Shown: positions 26,896-37,150 of the stretch, in pieces
Layout: the number at the start of each line of letters is the position of its first letter
Position numbering within the stretch: the first letter of the stretch is position 1
DNA from: Candidatus Bathyarchaeia archaeon
GTDB lineage: Archaea > Thermoproteota > Bathyarchaeia > Bathyarchaeales > Bathycorpusculaceae
Direction of reading: 5' to 3'
Assembly (NCBI GenBank): GCA_050015395.1
Contig: JBEKBM010000004.1
Span: 1 to 64,000 of the forward strand
DNA: 64,000 bases
The notes under the pieces: generated by a model
The model's input: only the letters and a program-made list of their open reading frames with translations
Told to the model about the DNA's origin: nothing
Database searches by the model: none
Made by a program: the position numbers and the translations under genes

Positions 26896-27900
26896 ATGAA
26901 GAAAGAAATAGCATTAACCGCCCTGCTCTTAGGATTAATAATTACAGCGATGAGTACAGTCGCTTTTGCTCAAACAGTTAACGTCACCATAGGATACCCA
27001 AGTAACTCCAATGGCGACCTAGGCATCACCACTTCAAACAGCTATTGGATTGGACAATTCCCCATCACAGTAAATGGAGGCTCCCCAGGTGAAGCCTACT
27101 GTTTAACCCCTGCCGGCACCATTTATGAGGGCTCTACCTACACAGCAAACGAAGTCACAGTACCAGACAACTCAACATGGGAAGCGATCAGCTACATCCT
27201 AAGCTGGAACGCCCCCACAACCAGCGAACAAGCAGCAAGCGACCAAGTCGCAATCTGGGAGATCCTAGGCAACAATCCCCCCTATGCTGACTTCACTCTG
27301 GACTCCACAACAATAGCGGATGCAACCGCCTTGGTATCTGCCGCCAGCGGCATGAATGTAGCTCACTCTGGTGACACATTAACTTGGATATCACCCAGCA
27401 CAGGCAACACTTCAGCAGTTCCAGGTGAAACAGTAACTTTCCAAGTGCAACTCAAAAATTCCTCAGGCACGCCACGACCAAACGTCCAAATTGACTTTAA
27501 CGCGACACTGCAACCTCCCTCAGGCCCAAGCATAACGTTAAACTCAACGTACGTTAACTCAATGCAAGCCTTCGCTGACAGCAACGGAAATGCTCAAGTC
27601 AGCGTTACGGTGCCTTCAGATGCAGCTTTAGGCTCAACCATCCAAGTTCAAGCGTCAACCCAAAGCGTATGGCCACAGGAATACTTGGACCTCACCAACA
27701 ACAACCCATCACTCCAAAACATAATCGGAATAGGTCCAGCTTTATGCTTAACAGTATCAACCAGCATCTCAATCACGGGGTTCATAATGGTGACGCCTGA
27801 ATCAGCAATCGGAGCACTCAGCATGATAGCCGCGTTCGCCGCAGCCTTCTTAATCTACACCAAACTCAAGCGACCAACAAAAAAAGCAACAAACCTCTAA
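26896..27900 (+). CDS. secreted thioester-domain (TED)-like surface protein with PEF-CTERM-like anchor
   Basis: signal peptide; AYCL and DQVAIW motifs; Ig-like segment; VTPES + TM helix + basic tail. Confidence 0.75.
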   Translation: MKKEIALTALLLGLIITAMSTVAFAQTVNVTIGYPSNSNGDLGITTSNSYWIGQFPITVNGGSPGEAYCLTPAGTIYEGSTYTANEVTVPDNSTWEAISYILSWNAPTTSEQAASDQVAIWEILGNNPPYADFTLDSTTIADATALVSAASGMNVAHSGDTLTWISPSTGNTSAVPGETVTFQVQLKNSSGTPRPNVQIDFNATLQPPSGPSITLNSTYVNSMQAFADSNGNAQVSVTVPSDAALGSTIQVQASTQSVWPQEYLDLTNNNPSLQNIIGIGPALCLTVSTSISITGFIMVTPESAIGALSMIAAFAAAFLIYTKLKRPTKKATNL

Positions 27901-27967
27901 ACGTGTCCCTAATCTTCATTGCTGTTCCACTTAATCACGTTTTGTTATTTTAAAGTTTGTAGTTAAC

Positions 27968-29308
27968 TTAAGCTTTGAAGAAGTCTGATATTTTCTTTTG
28001 GAACAGCGCCCGCTTTAACAGTTCACTTTGCAATATCCACCTTTGCATCGGAATTTCAAATCGTCCACCAATAAACTGCAGGGATTCAGCGAGACTTTTG
28101 AAAAGAAACGGTTTTTGCCGCATGGCATTTCTCACGTTCTCGCGTACTTGCCAGACGCCGATGGGCATGATGTATCCTGGTCTTGCTTCTCTGAGTACAA
28201 TGGCGGTGGCTTGGCGCTGTTCCTTGACTAATTGCTCGCAAACTGCTAGACGCGCTGAGTAGTAGCAACCGCCTATCTGCGCGTACGTGGTTCTCCCACT
28301 GTTGCCTTCCCAATCAGAAAAAATCGCTATGCTTTTTCCATTCGGGTTCCAAACGGTGCCTGGATACCAAGCTTCCATGGACTCGTAACTCCACTGCTGT
28401 GGAATCATTAAAATCTCAAAAAAATTATCCAGATAGATTGACTCGTAAACCCTGTACTCATTGATTTCAGGAAAAGTCTTTACTTTTTCCCTGAGGCTTT
28501 TGGAGATGGTGTCGTCGACGGCTGTTATGCTCCAGCGTGTAGGAACCAGGCGTCTGTTTTTTTCCACTCCAAAAGCGCCGACGCTGAAGGCTTTTTGAAT
28601 CTTTGTTACCATGACGCCTCGATTGTAGAGTTCCACCACTGCCTGCGTAGCCCGCAAATCCGTATCGTAATACGCTTTCTCTATCTTATCATCGTACCGT
28701 GCGTTGCCAACGTGCAGGTCTCGGATGGGCGCTGAAGGACCAAACGGTTGAACATTATCATCCATGAAAATTGAGCCCCGAGGCTTTTTTGTAAGGTTCA
28801 ATTCGATGTCTACGCTGCTGTCTGCAAGGGCTAACTCGCGTGTTTGATCCAGTATTTTTCCTGCATCCATGAACTTTTGGACGTTAACTCGGTATTTACC
28901 ACGTACAAGCATGCTTCGGAAACCAACAATTTCATCCATGGATTTCCCAAACCAACGTTCAGGCAAATCGTAAATGCTTGTGTCCTCATGTACAGGCGGC
29001 ACAAGTGGACCAGCATAAACGTTGGGGTAGCCGATTCTTCCTATGAAAACGCTTGGCGGAGACATCCCGTTAATGTCTTCACTTGCCATCAGCGGCACGC
29101 TTTTGAGGAAATAGTTAACCTTAACCATTATTGGGCAACGGGTTTTGCCGCATAGAAACCTGGCACCTTTGCACAAAACACATAAGCTGTCATCTCTGGC
29201 TCGGGCAACTATTTGGCTATTATCCGCTAAGTTACTGCTCTTCAGAATGTCTTTTAACCAGTTATCTGAAGCACGAATGCTTTGCGGCGGTTTTGAAGTA
29301 AGAGTCAT
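27968..29308 (-). CDS. nreA: Nre family DNA repair protein
   Basis: CVLCKG...LCG..RCP, SPPSVFIG..GYP, LVPTRWSITAVD, GGCYY, C-terminal PIP box QKKISDFF. Confidence 0.92.
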   Translation of the reverse strand: MTLTSKPPQSIRASDNWLKDILKSSNLADNSQIVARARDDSLCVLCKGARFLCGKTRCPIMVKVNYFLKSVPLMASEDINGMSPPSVFIGRIGYPNVYAGPLVPPVHEDTSIYDLPERWFGKSMDEIVGFRSMLVRGKYRVNVQKFMDAGKILDQTRELALADSSVDIELNLTKKPRGSIFMDDNVQPFGPSAPIRDLHVGNARYDDKIEKAYYDTDLRATQAVVELYNRGVMVTKIQKAFSVGAFGVEKNRRLVPTRWSITAVDDTISKSLREKVKTFPEINEYRVYESIYLDNFFEILMIPQQWSYESMEAWYPGTVWNPNGKSIAIFSDWEGNSGRTTYAQIGGCYYSARLAVCEQLVKEQRQATAIVLREARPGYIMPIGVWQVRENVRNAMRQKPFLFKSLAESLQFIGGRFEIPMQRWILQSELLKRALFQKKISDFFKA

Positions 29309-29547
29309 ATTATATTTGCATGATAATTGCATCAGCTTGATATATTTTCCGCATAGCAAAATGTAAAAGATAAACCTAACCTGTTAAGTTAACCCTAAAC
29401 TTTCCTAACTTCCCCTAACAGTGTTTAGTAACCGCGACTTCCTTATCGCTTTTCTAATGGGCGGCGGCAACCTGAGCTTAATAAAATCAGCTGTTTTCCA
29501 AAGCCCAAAAAGACCAGAAGGCGCAATGCTAGCATCAATAATTTTCT

Positions 29548-29665
29548 ACAGTCAGAGTTTCTTGATCAATTGCTAGTAATTACGTTAGTTGTTTCTATGA
29601 TCGTAGTCTTGTCTGTGGTTATCATTGCAAAGAAGAGGATAACTTGGAAAACCCAACGTGGCTAG
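29548..29665 (+). pseudogene. orphan PEF-CTERM-like anchor remnant
   Basis: ...EFLDQLLVITLVVSMIVVLSVVIIAKKR...* with no upstream open frame. Confidence 0.45.
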
Positions 29666-29817
29666 CACATTTGAGGAATTATGGGGGCGTTGTGAGGTTT
29701 CAGGCGCTTTTGCTTTATTTGCCGACGGGGTCTTCGCCATAGCACGGTTAGAGAACCAGAAGCAAAAGATCTTTAATAGTTCTTTAACGCTAAATGGTAA
29801 GATGGCGCTTTATACAC

Positions 29818-31188
29818 ATGAACAGGTTACGTTTTGTTGCAGCATTGGTTTGCATAATTTTTCTTTTCAGCCTAGTTTTGATTCCGTTTGCAAACGCCGA
29901 CTGGACAATGTTCCACGCGGACCAATCTCACAGCGGCGTAGGAACAGGCACTTTAGTGCTCAATCCTACGGAACTTTGGAGTTACACTACTGACGGTTTG
30001 GTGGAGTCATCTCCCGCTGTTGTCAATGGTGTAGTCTACGTTGGCTCTTATGACCATACTGTTTATGCTTTGAATGCTACAAGCGGCGTCCAACTTTGGA
30101 ATTACACTACTGGAAGCTGGGTTTGGTCGTCTCCTGCTGTTGCCGGCGGCGTAGTTTACGTTGGCTCAGAAGACCATAACGTTTATGCTTTAAATGCAGC
30201 TAATGGTGCCCAACTCTGGAATTACACCACCGGCGGGAAGATTGATTCGTCTCCCGCTGTTGTCAACGGCGTAGTCTACATAGGCTCGCGGGACAGCAGC
30301 TTTTATGCTTTGAGCGCAGCGAACGGCGTCCAAGACTGGAACTACAGCGCCGGCGGCGGTTTTGAGTCTTGTCCCGCTGTTGTCAACGGCGTAGTCTACG
30401 TTACCGCAGACGATGGTACCATTTATGCTTTGAGCGCAGCGAACGGCGTCCAAGACTGGAACTACACTGCCGTTAACGACTGGATTACTTCCCCTCCTGC
30501 TGTTATCGGTGGAGTAGTCTACGTCGGCTCGGCTGATGATAACGTTTATGCTTTGGAGGCTTCTAGCGGCGTCCAACTTTGGAATTACACTACCGGCGGC
30601 GAGGTTGATTCGTGTCCTGCGGTTGTCAACGGCATAGTTTACGTTGGCTCAGAGGATGGCAATACTGTTTATGCTTTGAATGCTACAAGCGGCGCCCAAC
30701 TCTGGAATTACACTACCGGCAACGTGATTGATTCGTCTGCAGCTGTTGTTGGCGGCGTAGTCTACATAGGCTCGTGGGACGATAACGTTTATGCTTTGAA
30801 TGCTACAAGCGGCGACAAAATCTGGAGTTACACTACCGGCGGGGCGGTTGTTTCGTCTCCTGCCGTTGACGACGGCGTAGTCTACATAGGCTCTAATGAC
30901 CATAAAGTTTATGCTTTGGGCACTTCAACCACGCCTTCTCCTTCGCCTACGCCGTCTCCTTCACCTAGTCCTAGCATTTTGTCCTCGAACGCTAACACTC
31001 TATCCATTATAATTGGGGTGGTGGCTGCGGTCGTTATTATTGCCGCACTGGTTTTCTTAATGTTTCGAAAAAGATTGAAAACTAAGCCGAAAAGTCCACA
31101 GGCTTCACCACAGGACTCTAGCTCAGTTTCCTCTGTTCAAAATCCTGAAGGTAGTTTCGGTAATCGTGGATCGCATGTTTCAGGATGA
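29818..31188 (+). CDS. PQQ-like beta-propeller repeat surface protein
   Basis: signal peptide, WTMFHAD..HSG, eight ~40-aa LWNYTTG...SSPAV..GVVYVGS.D..VYAL repeats, Pro/Ser linker, TM helix. Confidence 0.92.
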   Translation: MNRLRFVAALVCIIFLFSLVLIPFANADWTMFHADQSHSGVGTGTLVLNPTELWSYTTDGLVESSPAVVNGVVYVGSYDHTVYALNATSGVQLWNYTTGSWVWSSPAVAGGVVYVGSEDHNVYALNAANGAQLWNYTTGGKIDSSPAVVNGVVYIGSRDSSFYALSAANGVQDWNYSAGGGFESCPAVVNGVVYVTADDGTIYALSAANGVQDWNYTAVNDWITSPPAVIGGVVYVGSADDNVYALEASSGVQLWNYTTGGEVDSCPAVVNGIVYVGSEDGNTVYALNATSGAQLWNYTTGNVIDSSAAVVGGVVYIGSWDDNVYALNATSGDKIWSYTTGGAVVSSPAVDDGVVYIGSNDHKVYALGTSTTPSPSPTPSPSPSPSILSSNANTLSIIIGVVAAVVIIAALVFLMFRKRLKTKPKSPQASPQDSSSVSSVQNPEGSFGNRGSHVSG

Positions 31189-31195
31189 TTAACGC

Positions 31196-31408
31196 TTACC
31201 TGCTTGAATCCTCTTTGTCTCTAAGTTGACTTGCGTCTATTCCTTTGATGAATCCTCTCATTTCACTTATTGGTTTTTGAGGAATCAGCTGAATTACGCC
31301 GTCCTTTTCGATGATAACAATTTTTTGCCCCGGTTTCAAATTAATTCTTTTCCTAACATCTTGCGGTATAACTATCTGATACTTCGAAGAAACCACCACT
31401 ATACCCAA
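31196..31408 (-). CDS. AbrB/MazE family protein (no adjacent toxin)
   Basis: VSSKYQIVIPQDVRKRINLKPGQ. Confidence 0.85.
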   Translation of the reverse strand: MGIVVVSSKYQIVIPQDVRKRINLKPGQKIVIIEKDGVIQLIPQKPISEMRGFIKGIDASQLRDKEDSSR

Positions 31409-31539
31409 TACCGAAGCCTCTATAGTTTAACGATTTGTCATCGGTTAAAATTTTCCTACACTTTGAATCCGCAAAAAAATACAGAAATTACTGATGTGGC
31501 TAATAGGTGGCAGATTAAAGAAAGAGCTGTTTTATCAAG

Positions 31540-32592
31540 TCATGCTGACTTGGCATAGTAGTTAGCTACTGCTTTGAACGATTCTTTTGGTTCCCATGTC
31601 ATGTCTGGGTAAGTGGTGCCGTGCTTTCCGTCAGTGTAGCTCTTAACGAGACTGAAGCTTGCCATGTCAAGGTCGTACTTTGGGTTGTCACTATAAGGAG
31701 AAATTTGAGAGACAAATTGGAATACGAAGGCACCATCGACGCCTGCGCTGTCGAGTACGCTGAGCTGGTCAACGAGTTGGCGCGCCTGCCAACCCTCATC
31801 GCGTATATGAGTGCCTTTCATCTGCGGACGTACAAATCGACCGAAGAATGGTATCGTGTGCAGAAACAACCTCATGTAGTCAACGCCGCCTCCTCCTATC
31901 AAGGTCTCAGCCATACCCTTGTCACTTTGAAAGGTGCCATAGCCGAACTCAGTTATGACGACTGGCTTCCCATAGGTAAAAAGCGGCTTGAGCATTTCCA
32001 CGTATTTATCTTCGATTCGGGCTGCTCGATAATGGTCAACACCGACAAAATCGAAGAGTTTCCAATCAACCGCTTCCCAGATCAGTGATGCATACGTTAG
32101 TTTTCCATGAAACTCTTTTCTCACAGCATCATTCACTCTGGTCAAAAATTCATTAAGTGGCTTGTTGTGCTCTCCAGCTTTGACGCGCACCCAATTTTTG
32201 GGATTGCGTAGTCGATCCATGAGTCGCCTGCCTTCTATTATACCATGCATGAAGAGAGTGAACTCGGAACCGACGCTGAATACCAGCTGATCTGGCCATT
32301 GCTGACGTAATGATTCTGCTGCTGTAGCCGCCTTCGTAACGTACTTAAGCGTCTTCTCTTGGCTTTTCTCCCACAGCTCTGGCGAAAGCCAAACTTCCAG
32401 CCCCTGTTTCAAGGCGTCCTCGACGGCAATCATCAGGCGGTCGATATTGAGGCCGCATATTCTTACGGCATTGCAGTGCAAGTCATTTTTGATAATCTCG
32501 AGCTCACGATGCACAACTTTTGGGTCAAAGTTAGGACGCCAATTAATTCCCATCACTCGGCCTGCATCATAAGAAACCCCTTTTCGCTTCAT
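31540..32592 (-). CDS. TIM-barrel glycoside-hydrolase-like protein
   Basis: GVSYD, DLHCNAVRI, VGSE, VDHY, KPVVITEFG; ATG overlaps the TetR stop. Confidence 0.7.
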   Translation of the reverse strand: MKRKGVSYDAGRVMGINWRPNFDPKVVHRELEIIKNDLHCNAVRICGLNIDRLMIAVEDALKQGLEVWLSPELWEKSQEKTLKYVTKAATAAESLRQQWPDQLVFSVGSEFTLFMHGIIEGRRLMDRLRNPKNWVRVKAGEHNKPLNEFLTRVNDAVRKEFHGKLTYASLIWEAVDWKLFDFVGVDHYRAARIEDKYVEMLKPLFTYGKPVVITEFGYGTFQSDKGMAETLIGGGGVDYMRLFLHTIPFFGRFVRPQMKGTHIRDEGWQARQLVDQLSVLDSAGVDGAFVFQFVSQISPYSDNPKYDLDMASFSLVKSYTDGKHGTTYPDMTWEPKESFKAVANYYAKSA

Positions 32593-33215
32593 TGAGGTCG
32601 CTTTCCTTCCTGCCCGTCTGGCTTGAGTATTCGCATAATAATTTTGACTTCGGGAAAATGCTTTTTTGCGTCCTCGGGGTCTAGCCAAGTTGTTCTTTTT
32701 ACTAATCCGTCGAAACATGCCATCAGGGCAGTCATCAGCTGGTCTGGGTCATCCTTTGCAATCTCGCCGGATGCTTGGCCTTCAACGATAAGCTGCCGCA
32801 TGATGTCTTGAATAACACGGCCATTACTTTGAACAAGCTGCCGAAGATCATTAGGCATAGTATCGTCAGCCAAAACCTGGTAAAAAAACTGGTAGAATCC
32901 TGGGTGTTCGCGTCTATCTTCTAACAAATATGAAACTAAGAGTGCAAGGCGCTTGCCCGGCGTTCCTTGGATTTCCCGGATGCGTGCAGCAGGTCCGCCG
33001 CCGTCTTGCGCCGCCTGCTTTACCAGTGTGGTTAACATTTCCTCTTTGCTGGCAAAGTACCGATATGCTAATCCCTGACTGACTCCAGCTTCAGCAGCCA
33101 CGTCAGCCATGGTGGCCGCCTTGCCCTTCCGTGCAAAGACTTTTTTGGCTGCGCTCAGGATTTTTGTGCGTTGTTCTTCGCGAATTTGTTGATTTGCTTC
33201 GTCTGTTTTTGGCAT
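32589..33215 (-). CDS. TetR/AcrR family regulator
   Basis: ILSAA..VFA.KG..ATMADVA..AGVS.GLAYRYFASKE. Confidence 0.93.
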   Translation of the reverse strand: MPKTDEANQQIREEQRTKILSAAKKVFARKGKAATMADVAAEAGVSQGLAYRYFASKEEMLTTLVKQAAQDGGGPAARIREIQGTPGKRLALLVSYLLEDRREHPGFYQFFYQVLADDTMPNDLRQLVQSNGRVIQDIMRQLIVEGQASGEIAKDDPDQLMTALMACFDGLVKRTTWLDPEDAKKHFPEVKIIMRILKPDGQEGKRPQ

Positions 33216-33233
33216 TTCGTTAAACCTTGTAGA

Positions 33234-33252
33234 TGAATGAATAATTCATTCA
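33234..33252. promoter_or_regulatory. probable TetR operator
   Basis: perfect inverted repeat TGAATGAAT-A-ATTCATTCA between a TATA-like TTATTAAG (minus strand) and the tetR start. Confidence 0.7.
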
Positions 33253-33429
33253 CTTAATAAGGGTATCCGCTTGGATGGTAGACCAGCGAATAGTGCAAAG
33301 CAAAACTTGGTAAACTAAAAAAGAGAAACTCGAGAGTGCTATCACCATTGAGGTATTTCAGACCCAGCGGTCCCACCACAACCTCAATTCTGCCTATTCT
33401 ATGAAAAACGTAAGATCAAGATTTAGTGA

Positions 33430-33819
33430 TTATTTTAGCATGACTGCTTCTTTCAAGTTTTTGAAGTGGGGGTCTCCGGTTAACACTTTGGATTTCAGTT
33501 GCCTTGCAGTAGCTAGTACGTAGGCATCAGCAAGGCCAAAGTCTTTTTCAGTTTTTCTCATTTCAGCATGGAGTAAACCTGTTTTTTTAGAGAGTTCTTC
33601 GTCAGCATTTAGAATTTGGGAATTACTTAGGAGTATGTCAAAGGCTTTTTCAACGTCTTGTTTGTCTCGTGCAACTTTGCTTATGACTTCAGCAACCGTA
33701 ACAGCACATGTGTAGACCTCAACATTTTCTTTCTCTATAATCTCGTTAACTTTAGCGCCCACATCACTTCCAATTAAGTATTCAACCCAAGCATAGGCGT
33801 CAATTACATACCTAATCAC
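33430..33819 (-). CDS. vapC: VapC family PIN toxin
   Basis: VIDAYAWVEY, AE, GLADAYVLATA, LTGDPHF. Confidence 0.9.
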   Translation of the reverse strand: MIRYVIDAYAWVEYLIGSDVGAKVNEIIEKENVEVYTCAVTVAEVISKVARDKQDVEKAFDILLSNSQILNADEELSKKTGLLHAEMRKTEKDFGLADAYVLATARQLKSKVLTGDPHFKNLKEAVMLK

Positions 33820-34012
33820 GTGTCTTCAACTCATCCTCAACAGTGAAAGCCGACAATTTTTTTAAAGCGCCAAAACCCGACTTTCGACATTTCTTAATCG
33901 TTAGTTCCACAAATTCGTTCTCTTTGATTTTTTGACTTTTCACCAATTCACTGGGCAGAGTAACAACTATTGAGCCTCCGACCTTGCGAGTTTTGGCTAA
34001 GCATCCGACCAA
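33812..34012 (-). CDS. AbrB/MazE family antitoxin
   Basis: KTRKVGGSIVVTLP; overlaps the vapC start. Confidence 0.85.
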   Translation of the reverse strand: MVGCLAKTRKVGGSIVVTLPSELVKSQKIKENEFVELTIKKCRKSGFGALKKLSAFTVEDELKTRD

Positions 34013-34035
34013 AATAACACAACCATGATTATTTA

Positions 34036-34368
34036 TTATACACTAGTGACATATATTTTTTGCGCAGAAACTAAGGTTAACCATGCCGACCATTGGTTCT
34101 GCGAATGCATGCTCCTTCTATAATATCTAGTTCCCCAGATCACCCACATCAAGCCGATCAGCAGACCCGCGATAGCTAGCGAGACTATTGTCACGATGAC
34201 GTTCTGAAACAGGCTAAAACCCCGCGACCAGTAGAGCGCGTAGAAGAGAATGAAGACAAGCCACGCTATTACGCCGAGGATTGAAAAAATGATAGGTGCG
34301 ATAGAGCCTCCGTACCATTGGGATTGGTTAGTTTCGATACTATTAACATGATTTGTCAATTCCTTCAC
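34036..34368 (-). CDS. small membrane protein
   Basis: two TM helices, FSLFQN motif. Confidence 0.6.
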   Translation of the reverse strand: MKELTNHVNSIETNQSQWYGGSIAPIIFSILGVIAWLVFILFYALYWSRGFSLFQNVIVTIVSLAIAGLLIGLMWVIWGTRYYRRSMHSQNQWSAWLTLVSAQKIYVTSV

Positions 34369-34441
34369 CTTTAAGGATAAATGTCAATTTTTAACTTTAT
34401 AAAATCATCGTTGGTGATAATAAGTATAGGTAGCAGTAAGC

Positions 34442-35074
34442 GTGGAAAAAACGGATGAGTATACTAAGCAGAATGAAGAGCTGTGGGATTCGAGAGCTGA
34501 GACCTATGATAGAAGGTTCGGTTTTACCCGCTGGACGCAAAAGAAATTGGTCTCCATTTTGGAATTGGGAGAAAACCCGTATTTTCTAGACATAGGTTGT
34601 GGCACAGGTTGGGCTGTGCGCTACGCAGCCAATTTGGCTCATGGACGAGGAGAATTCTATGGTATCGATAATTCGTCGAAAATGATTAAGACGGCAGAAG
34701 CAAACTCTTCAAGCCATAAGAACATCCATTTTTACAAAGCCAACGCTGAGAGCCTTCCTTTCGACAATAACTTCTTTGACCTAATCATTTCCACAAATGC
34801 TTTTCATCACTTCGCCAGCCCTGACAAAGTTTTAAAAGAGGCATACCGCGTGTTGAAGCCAAAAGGGAGAATCTACATTTTCGACGTAACTGCAGACAAC
34901 TTCATGATTAGAATCTTGGACGGATTAAGTAAGAAGCGAGAACAAGGTCATGTAAAAATATATTCAACACGGGAATACCAAACTTTGTTTGAAAACTCGG
35001 GCCTACAATATGCGGGTCATAAAACGGTAATAGTTTCCATGAAAACTCACATCGGCGAAAAAGTCTCCCAGTAA
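34442..35074 (+). CDS. class I SAM-dependent methyltransferase
   Basis: LDIGCGTG, GIDNS..M, AESLPF...FD, RVLKPKG. Confidence 0.92.
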   Translation: MEKTDEYTKQNEELWDSRAETYDRRFGFTRWTQKKLVSILELGENPYFLDIGCGTGWAVRYAANLAHGRGEFYGIDNSSKMIKTAEANSSSHKNIHFYKANAESLPFDNNFFDLIISTNAFHHFASPDKVLKEAYRVLKPKGRIYIFDVTADNFMIRILDGLSKKREQGHVKIYSTREYQTLFENSGLQYAGHKTVIVSMKTHIGEKVSQ

Positions 35075-35112
35075 CCGAGTCATCTTTTTTTATGTTGCAG
35101 GAATCAGAGGTG

Positions 35113-36114
35113 TTATGCTGATTTCCTATTTCTTAGTGTTTCGATGGCTTTTTCTGCCCATTTCGAATCACTCCAAAGCGCTCTGCCCACTGCCACCAAA
35201 TCAACTTTTCCTTCACTTACCAGTTTATCCGCGAATCCAGGCTCGCTGATTCCTCCCACACCGATAACGGGAACGCTAACTGCTTTCTTAATTTCACTTG
35301 CCTGTGGAACAAAATAGCCTTTTACTTGCCGCAGCTGTTTAGGTTCGCTTCCGCACATGCCCCCAGACACATCAACAATATCCACTCCAGACTGCTCAAG
35401 CTTCTTGGCAAACGTCACAGAATCTTCTATATGTGTTCCGCTGGGGGCTAAATCGTCCGAGCCTAACCTGTAGAGCAAAAGTTTGCCCTTGAGGCGTTCA
35501 CGCACCCTTCCAACAATCAACAGGGGAAAGCGCATCCGGTTCTCTAAAGACCCACCATACTCATCACCCCGCTTGTTAAACAAAGGCGAAAAGAACTGGT
35601 TAAGCAAGTAACCGTGCGCTCCATGAAGCTCAACCCCGTCAAAACCAGCTTTAACCGCACGCTCAGCAGCCAAAGCAAACTCGTCAGCGATAGCTTCCAT
35701 TTCATTTACTTCCAACATGCGCGTTTTATCCCTTGCTGAGGGTCCAGCTGGTTCGGCGCCGATGACTTTTTTGTTTGTAACGCCCCCTGCATGAGATATC
35801 TGTACAACCGCGGGAGCACCAACCTCATGTACCCGCTTTGCGAGCTTCTCAAAACCACTAATTAACGAGTCATCATAGATTCCAAGTTGCTTAGGGCCTA
35901 TCTTTCCAGTCGGCGAAATATAAGCGTGTTCAACAATGGGCAAACCTAACGCTGATGAGCGTCGAACGTAAAAGTTAATCAGCTTGTTAGTTACGGCGCC
36001 TTCAAAAGTTGCCCTTCCCGTCTGCATGGGCGGCATAACAATGCGGTTCCTAAGAGTGTAACCCTTCACTTTCAGAGGCTCAATTAAACCTGGCAAACAC
36101 TGACACCGTTGCAA
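35113..36114 (-). CDS. NADH:flavin oxidoreductase (old yellow enzyme family)
   Basis: RNRIVMPPM, QISHAG, AGFDGVELHGAHGYLLNQFFSP..N.R.DEYGGSLENR. Confidence 0.93.
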   Translation of the reverse strand: MQRCQCLPGLIEPLKVKGYTLRNRIVMPPMQTGRATFEGAVTNKLINFYVRRSSALGLPIVEHAYISPTGKIGPKQLGIYDDSLISGFEKLAKRVHEVGAPAVVQISHAGGVTNKKVIGAEPAGPSARDKTRMLEVNEMEAIADEFALAAERAVKAGFDGVELHGAHGYLLNQFFSPLFNKRGDEYGGSLENRMRFPLLIVGRVRERLKGKLLLYRLGSDDLAPSGTHIEDSVTFAKKLEQSGVDIVDVSGGMCGSEPKQLRQVKGYFVPQASEIKKAVSVPVIGVGGISEPGFADKLVSEGKVDLVAVGRALWSDSKWAEKAIETLRNRKSA

Positions 36115-36381
36115 TGAATGGGTGATGCGGCGCTATAATAACATATCAATCAACCTGAGTTTTTCCAAAATTTTCATTATTTTTAGGTTGCGTGTCATGT
36201 GAGACGTCACCATTATCCATAATCATTCCTTTGGATTGCGAACATGGAAGAAGCATTCTTTCAAGGCATTGACGAATAAATACTTGGGTTTGGCAATCAA
36301 ATTGAAGGTCTCCCGATGGTTGAGGTTGCGTCTACCCAAAAGGTTTATTTTTCTATTGTAAAACATTGCTCTGTGATTGTC

Positions 36382-37149
36382 ATGGATATTCTTGAAGTCA
36401 AAAATTTGACTGTTAAGGTTGAGGGAAAGCCTATCCTCAAAGACGTGACTTTCAGCCTTAAAAGCGGCGAGAGTCACATTCTTTTCGGACCGAATGGTTC
36501 TGGAAAAACGACCCTCATAAGTGCAATTATGGGTCTTCCAACTTACGAAGCAACTTCAGGAACAATCTTGTTCAATGGAACCGACATTACCACCAAGACT
36601 GTGGAGGAAAGGGCGAAACTTGGAATGGCTGTCAGCTTCCAAAATCCTCCTGAAATCACCGGCGTGAAGCTCGTAGACTTATTGAAGCTATGTCTTGGCA
36701 AGAAAACGGAGGATCCGTTCAGCGCAGAAGAACAGCGGCTTATTGAAGCCTTCAGATTAACAGACTTCTTGAACAGAGACCTCAACGTTGGCTTCTCCGG
36801 CGGCGAAAGAAAACGCTCCGAAATTCTTCAGTTGATTTTCCTTAAGCCCAAGCTTCTCCTTCTGGACGAGCCTGACTCGGGCGTAGACGTAGAAAGCCTG
36901 AAGCTGATTGCTACTGAAATCCAGCGTTACGTGGAAAACAGCGGAAGCTCAGCTTTAGTGATAACTCACAAAGGCGATATACTGGAGTATGTTAAAGCGA
37001 AGTATGGGTGCATCCTTTTAGACGGGCAGTTTCACTGTTTCACTCACCCCATGAGAATATATGAGGACATAAAGAAGGTGGGTTACGAAGAATGCGTAGC
37101 CTGCAGAAGAAGAACAGTCGGGGGCTGGAAAACTGACAAAAGAGAGTGA
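36382..37149 (+). CDS. sufC: Fe-S assembly ATPase SufC (SmsC type)
   Basis: GPNGSGKT, FSGGERKRSE, LDEPDSGVD, ITH; C-terminal C...CVAC. Confidence 0.9.
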   Translation: MDILEVKNLTVKVEGKPILKDVTFSLKSGESHILFGPNGSGKTTLISAIMGLPTYEATSGTILFNGTDITTKTVEERAKLGMAVSFQNPPEITGVKLVDLLKLCLGKKTEDPFSAEEQRLIEAFRLTDFLNRDLNVGFSGGERKRSEILQLIFLKPKLLLLDEPDSGVDVESLKLIATEIQRYVENSGSSALVITHKGDILEYVKAKYGCILLDGQFHCFTHPMRIYEDIKKVGYEECVACRRRTVGGWKTDKRE

Positions 37150-37150
37150 A

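Noticed and set aside
29375-29422. CTGTTAAGTTAA 12-mer matching part of the 6300 TIR, amid CCTAA repeats
   Set aside because: Partial match in AT-rich DNA, lacking the terminal bases, a partner end and a TSD.
29970-30920. Regular ~120-bp nucleotide repeats resembling an array or DGR template/variable pair
   Set aside because: They are in-frame beta-propeller coding repeats; no unique spacers, no cas genes and no reverse transcriptase in the window.
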